64,000 nucleotides of DNA. It comes from a virus (taxonomy: Duplodnaviria > Caudoviricetes). Shown here piece after piece: positions 56,435-64,000 of the stretch. Location of the stretch: the IMG/VR virus record IMGVR_UViG_3300001765_000076, positions 1 through 64,000 of that record, one strand, 5' to 3'. Under the pieces are notes generated by a model. The model did not search any database. It had not been told where the DNA came from and saw only the letters and a program-made list of their open reading frames with translations. Every line of letters begins with the position of its first letter. Position 1 is the first letter of the stretch. Made by a program: the position numbers and the translations under genes.

Positions 56435-59400
56435 TTATGCTCTTACTATTTCACAAGCACCACCAGAACATGCTTGTGCCGCGTAGTCAGATACATCTTT
56501 AAAAGTTGGTTTATTTAATATTTTATTAAAATCAACTTCTCTCATTTGTCTATTTATCACTTCCCATTTATGTAGTAGGTGAACATCCTTTAAACAATAT
56601 ACTGTTTTCTTCAAATCACCTTTGAAATAATTTTTAGAGAATTTTTTAGCACAATCAATCCAATATTTCTTCAATAGAACTTCTTCTCTTGTTCCAGTTA
56701 CTGGTATTGACTTATCCAACACGCTATCACATGCCAACCATAAGTTGTTTTTAAAGTGATGTAAGCCATCTACAATTAAACCCGATACAAATAACGATGC
56801 TTTACCATAAGTCTCTATAATCTCTTCCATTGAATTTACAGTGGTAAATGGAGCTTGGTTGTATACCCTATCCGCCGTATTCGAAATAAAAGATACTGCT
56901 GTAAAATCTTCTTTGTTATCCCATATATAATTAATAACTGTTTCTACATCATCTATGATGACGGTGCATGACACGTTGTGAGTTATGTTTTTATAACCAG
57001 ATAACTCTCTATTGGTTCCTTGACTTACCCAGTTTTTTTGTACTAGTTTTATTTTCTCTAAGTGAGCTAGCCCAGTCATATCCTTTTTATAAAAACCATC
57101 CTTTGAATTTTCTATGGGTATAAAAACAACATAATCCGTTTTATTTTCAGACCATACTGAATCTTCCAGTAAGAAATTCATATTTTCATTTAACCACTTT
57201 GCAGTTTCAGCTTCTTTATTTAATTGCATTATCCTGAAATATTGCTGTGAATGTTCTGGGTGAATTCCAGATGATGTACCCAAAATTACGGATGAATTTC
57301 CACTGGGCTTCACGCAACAGACTCTGGCTGAGATGTTTATGTTTATTAATTTAGCTACCTCTTCATTCGTTTTTTTAATTATTTCAACACCTTTTTGTAG
57401 TAGTTCTGGATTAAATAATTTTGGGTTATTCATCCAACCAGTTATAGATACACCTAGTAGTGCCTCCTTTTTAAATATGTTTTCACTAACTTCACCTAGA
57501 TATGGAAATGTTGTCCACCCAGCTTGTAAAGTACCAAGTACAGATGCATCATAACACGCCCTAAAAAATTTTTCCTTTGTTGTACACGCTTCTGCTGATA
57601 TCTCTGTTAAATTACATTGTTTTGTTAATATATTATTGAATACACCTTGATGTTTTTCACTTTCTTCAAAGCAATATGAATCATGAAGTCCATCTAATTC
57701 AATAATTTTTTCAATATTTTGTAGCTGTCCCTTACATTTTACAACTGTTTTAGTAAATTTTGTTTTTGTACACCATAGTTCCCCACAATCACTTACTTGG
57801 ATATACCAAACATCTCTTTTTCTTATACCTAGATTTGTTATAGTACCTTTTTTTGACATTAAATTTACCGTTGAATTAACACCTATCTTTGTTAATAATA
57901 ATTGCAAATCTTCAATTTTGTCTTTTTCACCATATATTCTAAATTTATTGTTATATGTTATAGTACCATCAGTATCAATCCAACCAGCAATAAAATCTAT
58001 GATTGACTTTCTAGACCACGAAAATAATTCACTTGGTAAACCATCATCGTATTTTAACTTTAATGAAAATTCTTTATCTAATTTATCAAATACAACATTA
58101 TAATATTTACCTTCTATTCCATTATATGTTTCAGTAAGTAATTTACTTTTTCTACCTTCCACAAACGGATAGTCATTTTTAAAGTTAGTTTCATAAACTG
58201 ATGCAAATGGAGTTCTAATTGTCCCATCCTTAAATTTTTTACATGTTCCATCACCTAAGATAAATCCATAATCATAAGCATATATCTCGTCTTTACCGTA
58301 ATCAAAATCACTAATATTTACTCTTGGTACTTGTAAGTTATATTTTGTTTCACTCAATAGCTTTATTAGGTCGACTGTTTCGATTTCCTTATATACTTTC
58401 TCAAATCTATTTTTAACTAAAAATTTATGATTTTCAGTACAGTCCAAATGTGAACCGTCATTCAAAAATACTCTGTATAATTTTCTATTCGAACCTGTTT
58501 TTATTGGTTTAACTAGTGACCACTTTTCACCATTCCAAATTTCTATTTCTCTATTATTTTCAGCTACATCGCCAATTGTTTCAATACCACTTCTAGTTAT
58601 TAATTTTGTATCGTAAGCCACACAGCCCTGTATACCAAGTAGTTGCGAATTTTCTTTTACAAAGTCATATATTTCACCATACTTAATATTCTCTAAATCC
58701 ATTTTATCATTCCACAAAATCGGTAATTGAGCAATTTCAAAGCAATTGTGAACCACTAATCCATTAACTACGCCGTGATGAGTTAAATCATCTAATTCAA
58801 AATCATATACAACTTCTTTTGTTTTTCTATGCTCAATGCCAATAACAATTGGAAACTCATCATTTTGGTTGTCGTGGATTTCACTAAATTTTTTGTCTTC
58901 ATTTTTAAAAAACAATAGAGCTTTATCTTTTGTGTCTTTAGCTTCTATCTCTGTACCATCCGATGTTAATAATATATGATCTGGTGTACACGTAATAATT
59001 TTTCCAGTTGATAATTTAATATCGATAACATTTTTAATTCCTGTTTTCTTTACATATCCAGTTACTTCTTGCCCAACACCATTAATCATTACATAATGTT
59101 CATTTTCAATTAATTCATCAAATCTTTTATAACCGTTATTTGTTAAGATTTCCATATCACCAGTAAAACAAGGATTGAACATATCAAAATATGAATTAGC
59201 AAAAACAAACCCAATATCTGAAATACCATCATTCATTTTAACAATAGATTCAAATTTTTCTTTCGTTACTTTATTTCTAATTAGTAATATTGAATTATTT
59301 GATCTTGCTCTCTGTGGGTTATTTTCAAACCAATTTCCCATCTTGGCATTTATCATTTCATCATCGTTTTCATCAATTATCATGTTCATGGCTGAGCGTC

Positions 59401-60127
59401 TAACACCACCACTGAGAACTGCATTTGATGCAAAGCACAAAATATCAAAGGCTAAAATTGGTCTAACCTCGCTACCTTCTTTTGCTAGCCAATTTTCTAT
59501 TAGACTCTCAATTTGTTCTAATGATTTTTGTAGTCCTTCTGGTCCAGGCGCTTTAAAACCACCAGAAATAAAAGCACCTTTTTTTCTAATTTTAGAAAAA
59601 TCAAACTTTATTTCATAACCAAAGTATTCTGGAAATGGTTGGTTTTCGGTAAAATAAGATGACATTAAAACACCTAACGAATCTGACCAGCCTTCAATTG
59701 AATCTGGTATAATAAATGTTTTTGTACCATTTTTTCTCTTTTCAATATTTGATATATTTTTAACGAATGGTATTTGTAATCCACCACCAAATCCACAGCC
59801 GCTTAGTAATAAATAAAATACCTCCTGAAAAGCTCTGTTGTAAGCAACGTATCCAGTAGTGCAATTGTAAAGCCTTGAACTATGGGCTTTTAGCTGTTCA
59901 CCTCTATATTGTAAACTCCTTTGCGATGCCAGTACCATTTTCTCTTTCATACTTTGCAGAGCCGAGTTTGTATATGGTTTTATCTTATCACCATATTTTT
60001 CTACATGACTAGATATAATTGACTCACATGCTTCTTCCCATGTTTCATATCTACCTAAATCTTCGTTCCATTTTAAATAATCTGAATGTAACTTCAAATC
60101 AGATAAAAACTTTTTACCTTTTTGCAT
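56435..60127 (-). CDS. nrdJ: class II (B12-dependent) ribonucleotide reductase with two inteins
   Basis: YNCT, GCGFG, GGVRRSA, NP|C-x-EI, |CNLTEI, CVKPSGN, C-terminal CSGGAC; 752 aa after intein removal. Confidence 0.9.
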   Translation of the reverse strand: MQKGKKFLSDLKLHSDYLKWNEDLGRYETWEEACESIISSHVEKYGDKIKPYTNSALQSMKEKMVLASQRSLQYRGEQLKAHSSRLYNCTTGYVAYNRAFQEVFYLLLSGCGFGGGLQIPFVKNISNIEKRKNGTKTFIIPDSIEGWSDSLGVLMSSYFTENQPFPEYFGYEIKFDFSKIRKKGAFISGGFKAPGPEGLQKSLEQIESLIENWLAKEGSEVRPILAFDILCFASNAVLSGGVRRSAMNMIIDENDDEMINAKMGNWFENNPQRARSNNSILLIRNKVTKEKFESIVKMNDGISDIGFVFANSYFDMFNPCFTGDMEILTNNGYKRFDELIENEHYVMINGVGQEVTGYVKKTGIKNVIDIKLSTGKIITCTPDHILLTSDGTEIEAKDTKDKALLFFKNEDKKFSEIHDNQNDEFPIVIGIEHRKTKEVVYDFELDDLTHHGVVNGLVVHNCFEIAQLPILWNDKMDLENIKYGEIYDFVKENSQLLGIQGCVAYDTKLITRSGIETIGDVAENNREIEIWNGEKWSLVKPIKTGSNRKLYRVFLNDGSHLDCTENHKFLVKNRFEKVYKEIETVDLIKLLSETKYNLQVPRVNISDFDYGKDEIYAYDYGFILGDGTCKKFKDGTIRTPFASVYETNFKNDYPFVEGRKSKLLTETYNGIEGKYYNVVFDKLDKEFSLKLKYDDGLPSELFSWSRKSIIDFIAGWIDTDGTITYNNKFRIYGEKDKIEDLQLLLTKIGVNSTVNLMSKKGTITNLGIRKRDVWYIQVSDCGELWCTKTKFTKTVVKCKGQLQNIEKIIELDGLHDSYCFEESEKHQGVFNNILTKQCNLTEISAEACTTKEKFFRACYDASVLGTLQAGWTTFPYLGEVSENIFKKEALLGVSITGWMNNPKLFNPELLQKGVEIIKKTNEEVAKLININISARVCCVKPSGNSSVILGTSSGIHPEHSQQYFRIMQLNKEAETAKWLNENMNFLLEDSVWSENKTDYVVFIPIENSKDGFYKKDMTGLAHLEKIKLVQKNWVSQGTNRELSGYKNITHNVSCTVIIDDVETVINYIWDNKEDFTAVSFISNTADRVYNQAPFTTVNSMEEIIETYGKASLFVSGLIVDGLHHFKNNLWLACDSVLDKSIPVTGTREEVLLKKYWIDCAKKFSKNYFKGDLKKTVYCLKDVHLLHKWEVINRQMREVDFNKILNKPTFKDVSDYAAQACSGGACEIVRA
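57617..58624 (-). mobile_element. LAGLIDADG intein, 336 aa, ending in Gln
   Basis: QG|CVAYDTKLIT...GFILGDG...FIAGWIDTDG...SYCFEE...NNILTKQ|CNL. Confidence 0.9.
58745..59170 (-). mobile_element. mini-intein, 142 aa, no endonuclease
   Basis: NP|CFTGDMEILT...TCTPDH...VYDF...GLVVHN|CFEI. Confidence 0.92.
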
Positions 60128-60148
60128 ATATTATTATTTTTTTTTATT

Positions 60149-61564
60149 TTATTTGTTATTATTTTCTCTTTCTCTTCTTTCTTTTACTCTAACCAGTAGG
60201 TCTTTGGTCATATCATTTGTTTTAGTGTCTTCTGAGTTGGTGTATTCACTCCAATTTTCATACATTGTTATTTTACTAGTATCTATAACACATGTACCAT
60301 TATTGAACTCAGCACCTTTCATTACTGACCCAGATTTTCCAGACCTATTTTTTAAAATCGCTATTGTTGCTATATTGTTTTCAATATCTTCCATTGATCT
60401 TGCAATTGATATAACGATGTGTGCAATTTGAATTTTTGTCATTGAACCACCAGCTTTATCCATTGTAACGACCTCTGCGTTTAGTGAGTCTTTAGTTCCT
60501 TGTGTTGGAACCCATAATGCTATGTTAAAGTCAGATGCTAATGATTCTAGTTGTCTCATTGTATGTCCTTCTCCCTGCCATTGATCCTTATAATTTTTAC
60601 TTGGTATTAGACATTCAAAATAATCTAAAATAACTAATTCTGGATTAAATCCACTATTTATTAGTCTTTTTAAATAATTTCTAACTTGTATTGGACTTAT
60701 TTCGCCTGTATTGAATTTTTTAATTATTAAGTTTTTATCAAACGTATCAATAAATGATGCATCGTTTTTCATAATTTCACGAACCATTTCAATGTTTTCT
60801 GGTTTTGATAAATCCCTAGATTCAATACCAGTAATTTTTCCAATATGTTTTCTTTGAATTTGTTTTTCTTTATCTTCAAAGACAATTTGAACAACTTTAA
60901 ATCCTTTAGATGCAGCGTAATTTGCGTAACTAGTTGTTAATGAGGTCTTTCCGAAGCTCGATGGTCCGATTATAACCCCCAATTCACCTTTTCCCAAACC
61001 ACCTTCCAATGCACTATCAATACCACCAACCCCAGTTGGAATTACACTTCTATAGTCTTCAGAAAGAACTTCACCTAAATTATCTCTAAGGTGTGTACCA
61101 ATTTCGTCTCTATTCCCGTCTGATAGAGCTTTTCTAATCATTTCTTCTAGTTCATCGTATCTATCTATATCACCTAATTTTAATAAAGCACCCATTTCGT
61201 TATGGACTTTAACTAAGTTTTGTTGTTTAAAAAATTTATGAGCTTTTGATTTAATTGAGTCAGCACCTTCGCAGGTTGTATTTCTTATTTTCTCAATATT
61301 ATCTCTTATAAATTCAGCATCTATTTCCGTATTGGCTTTAGCTAATAATTCGATCTCCATACCCTCATAGGACGGTACGTGGTCATATGTCTTGAAATAG
61401 CCTTGTAACGAGGCGAAAAATTTCCTTATGTGAACATCGGTAAACATATTTTGATCAACTAAATCACAAACATCCCTAAAAAACTTTTTATCATCCATAA
61501 AATGGTGAATCAATCTATATTGAAACTCTGGACCTAAAAATCCTAAATCTTTTCTCTCTGACAT
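60149..61564 (-). CDS. dnaB: replicative DnaB/T4 gp41-like helicase
   Basis: IPTG...GLGKGELGVIIGPSSFGKT, VILDY, KNRSG. Confidence 0.9.
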   Translation of the reverse strand: MSERKDLGFLGPEFQYRLIHHFMDDKKFFRDVCDLVDQNMFTDVHIRKFFASLQGYFKTYDHVPSYEGMEIELLAKANTEIDAEFIRDNIEKIRNTTCEGADSIKSKAHKFFKQQNLVKVHNEMGALLKLGDIDRYDELEEMIRKALSDGNRDEIGTHLRDNLGEVLSEDYRSVIPTGVGGIDSALEGGLGKGELGVIIGPSSFGKTSLTTSYANYAASKGFKVVQIVFEDKEKQIQRKHIGKITGIESRDLSKPENIEMVREIMKNDASFIDTFDKNLIIKKFNTGEISPIQVRNYLKRLINSGFNPELVILDYFECLIPSKNYKDQWQGEGHTMRQLESLASDFNIALWVPTQGTKDSLNAEVVTMDKAGGSMTKIQIAHIVISIARSMEDIENNIATIAILKNRSGKSGSVMKGAEFNNGTCVIDTSKITMYENWSEYTNSEDTKTNDMTKDLLVRVKERRERENNNK

Positions 61565-61680
61565 ATTCTATATCTATATAACTATTTTTTTTAAAATTTA
61601 TCTCCTTAATATTTTTTAGACAAATTTGCCGAACTACTTTTTACGGTAACTCGGCATCTTGTCATTGTTTTGTTATTCAA

Positions 61681-62496
61681 TTATTTACCTGATTTCAACT
61701 TTTCTCTGATTTCAGATTGGGTTAAAACTCTATCTACTTCTGCTTTTACTTTTGGTTTCATCAATAAATCATAAGTAACATCACCAAATTTTATTTCATT
61801 GGTATAGACATCGTAAATAGCACTATCTGAACGCCCATCCATTTGTATTGATGTTGGTTGCAATCTACTTTTTACTGGTATATATTCACCTTTTCTTACT
61901 GCCATCGTTTCGTAACCTAATTCGGGTAAATAATTTTTATAAATTACTTTCCTGTTATTTTGTTTTGGAAACGATGCACATACACTACAAATCAAATTTC
62001 TAATTGAAATGGTTAAGTCTGACTTATCAACTGATGCCTTCTGAGCTACTTGACGTTGAAAATCAAGAGCTTGGATGTTAATTGATTCGTATTTAAATTT
62101 TTTGTTTGTTAGGTCGATACTATTTCTAACCTGATATGGATATTCATCACCAGACCATGATTTTGAAATAATAGGGGTTTCACCATCAAAAAATGTAAAT
62201 TTTAGACTAACTGTTTGATTTTCTGGAATTGGAATATTGAATTCACCCTCCTTGTAGTTCTCATCGTAGTTATACCATGTATGGACTCTAGATTTTGATT
62301 TTAAGTCCATGTCAATCATCGTAACTACGTCATCTATACACTCTTTTAGTTCAATTGATCTCAATGACTCTTCATCGAAATTGTGGATACTAAAATCTCT
62401 CTTGCAAATTGTCATATCCTCATTAGTACCATCGTTGATGTTTAACGTATATGAAAATCTATAATCTGTTTTATTAAACTCTTTTTTCTCTTCCAT
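61681..62496 (-). CDS. hypothetical protein
   Basis: 271-aa ORF. Confidence 0.7.
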   Translation of the reverse strand: MEEKKEFNKTDYRFSYTLNINDGTNEDMTICKRDFSIHNFDEESLRSIELKECIDDVVTMIDMDLKSKSRVHTWYNYDENYKEGEFNIPIPENQTVSLKFTFFDGETPIISKSWSGDEYPYQVRNSIDLTNKKFKYESINIQALDFQRQVAQKASVDKSDLTISIRNLICSVCASFPKQNNRKVIYKNYLPELGYETMAVRKGEYIPVKSRLQPTSIQMDGRSDSAIYDVYTNEIKFGDVTYDLLMKPKVKAEVDRVLTQSEIREKLKSGK

Positions 62497-62500
62497 GGTA

Positions 62501-63625
62501 TTAATCTTCGTTTTCTGTTTTAAATTCTAATTCTGATTCATTATCAATTTTCTTACCTGTTAACTCACTTAATTTATTTAGTAAAAATTTTGAATATTGT
62601 TTTTTATACGAATCAATTTTTTCTGGGTTCCAAAGTCCGTGTGACAAAGAAGAAATCTTACCTTCATATTCCATGCCGTTTATATGGTTTTTAAGAACCT
62701 TTATTTTTGTTGTAATACCATATCTATATGTTTTACCGTTAGATACAGCACTCAATTTTTCAACAGAAGAAGTTGTTATACCACCTAAATGAATTCTAAG
62801 TCTACTAAACCATTTTGTACCATCACCACCACTAGTTTTTAATTGAGGAGCACCCATTTGCATGTTATCAACCCATACTTTATTTATAAAAAACATAGTA
62901 TTTGTATATGGACTACTCTCTTTTCTTGATAGTGGTATTCTATTATTACCAATGACGTTAAAGGCATTTTTTATAGCAAAAGCATCAAACATAGGGTTGC
63001 CAACTGGGGACATTACAGATCTAAAGGATGGTATAGAACCAACTGAATCCCAAATAAAGCACATTTCATAGTCTAATTCATCATGACCACTTCCTTGCAT
63101 ATTTAGTAGCTCATTAATTGAATAAGCAATATCCTCAATAACGGCAACTGTTCTTTTAGGCGATGCTACTGCTTTACTATCTTTATAGTCCATTTTTCCG
63201 TATTTTTCAAACAGAATAGCTGCATCGTAATATAAGAAAAAACCACTATGATCAATCACTTTCCTCTCAATTTCACCAGTATCTTCATTTAATACATCGT
63301 CATATACATCTTCAAATTCAACCCCGCACATTCTAGCGTGTTCCCACGGAAAATTACCCTCTGTTTCATAAATAACTGGTAAAATACCAACTCGTTGACA
63401 CTGTGCAATTATCTCTAACTTAAAAGTAGATTTACCAGTATCACTATGTCCCATGATATCACTAACATAACCTTTTGGAATGCCTGGTAATTTAACCGCA
63501 TCGTAAAAACCTTCTGGTAGTACTATCCACTCTAAATCTTTGTCTTTTACACCATTTAAATTGTTTTTTGTTTTAAATGCATTTAAGACATCTTTTTTAT
63601 CAGCATATTCTGTTGATGCCGACAA
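62501..63625 (-). CDS. uvsX: RecA/UvsX-like recombinase
   Basis: GIPKG...IMGHSDTGKS Walker A, WDSVGS, SGG, KNH. Confidence 0.85.
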   Translation of the reverse strand: MSASTEYADKKDVLNAFKTKNNLNGVKDKDLEWIVLPEGFYDAVKLPGIPKGYVSDIMGHSDTGKSTFKLEIIAQCQRVGILPVIYETEGNFPWEHARMCGVEFEDVYDDVLNEDTGEIERKVIDHSGFFLYYDAAILFEKYGKMDYKDSKAVASPKRTVAVIEDIAYSINELLNMQGSGHDELDYEMCFIWDSVGSIPSFRSVMSPVGNPMFDAFAIKNAFNVIGNNRIPLSRKESSPYTNTMFFINKVWVDNMQMGAPQLKTSGGDGTKWFSRLRIHLGGITTSSVEKLSAVSNGKTYRYGITTKIKVLKNHINGMEYEGKISSLSHGLWNPEKIDSYKKQYSKFLLNKLSELTGKKIDNESELEFKTENED

Positions 63626-63692
63626 ATCTTTCTTTTGCCATAATTTAATTGTTTTTTCAATGTTTTACTCGAAACTATTTTATTGTTTTTTT

Positions 63693-63998
63693 TTATTTAT
63701 TTGTTGAACCAAAACCACCAGTTCCACGTTCTGTGCTACTTAGCTCGTCTACTTCAACTAATTCAATGCTTGGATATGGAACTATAATTATCTGGAAAAT
63801 TCGTTCCCCAACATTATAAGTCTTCGAAATGGAACCATTTGTCTTATTAAATGTAGCCTGAATAGTCCCGCGATACGAACTGTCAATTACACCAACGGAA
63901 TTACTAAGCTCTAAATCATAATTTCTTATTGATGACCTAGGAAATGCCAAACCCACATAACCAACTGGAATTTCCAATGCAATATCAGTATCGTATGT
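63693..63998 (-). CDS. dut: trimeric dUTPase, 5' partial
   Basis: PRSS, GVIDSSYRG, RIFQ, RGTGGFGST. Confidence 0.92.
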   Translation of the reverse strand, partial: TYDTDIALEIPVGYVGLAFPRSSIRNYDLELSNSVGVIDSSYRGTIQATFNKTNGSISKTYNVGERIFQIIIVPYPSIELVEVDELSSTERGTGGFGSTNK

Positions 63999-64000
63999 TA

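Noticed and set aside
9880-63071. Numerous plus-strand ORFs antisense to long minus-strand genes (for example 12780, 28042, 35478, 59175)
   Set aside because: These are shadow ORFs of coding strands in an AT-rich genome, with no motifs or leaders.
1-64000. CRISPR arrays, tRNA or rRNA genes
   Set aside because: No regularly spaced identical repeats or cloverleaf-like sequences were seen by eye. A tRNAscan run would be needed to exclude them fully.

Overview
A 64-kb segment of an AT-rich (roughly 28-30% GC by eye) jumbo myovirus-like phage. Its host is most likely a Bacteroidetes: it has eight TTTG-N20-TAnnTTTG-type Bacteroidetes primary-sigma promoters and DUF4494 and DUF3127 genes. Positions 1-9.6 kb are a plus-strand block of small accessory genes. 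The rest is mostly minus strand and covers: RNase H-like exonuclease, ClpC-like ATPase, metallophosphoesterase, macrodomain, SSB-like protein, GMP reductase, a sigma70-family factor, SbcC/gp46, a tail/baseplate module (gp6-like, gp25-like, fibre, Fn3-like repeats), class II RNR with two inteins, DnaB-like helicase, RecA/UvsX and dUTPase. The main discovery is at 1.05-3.04 kb and is not explained by the ORF track. It is an integron-like cassette array with three attC-like hairpins (AAC...GTT), three cassettes each bounded by its own 15-17 bp inverted repeat, and a candidate attI-like half site. Next to it is a tyrosine recombinase that lacks the IntI-specific insertion and is interrupted by one TAA. 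Other notable signals: a ~52% GC synonymously recoded patch beside a free-standing endonuclease, a late-promoter motif that is the reverse complement of the T4 late box, an ATPase-only degenerate terminase paralogue, a Gln-terminated intein, ADP-ribose writer and eraser genes, and recurrent peptide motifs in tail proteins. All family assignments come from motif recognition by eye; no database searches were run.
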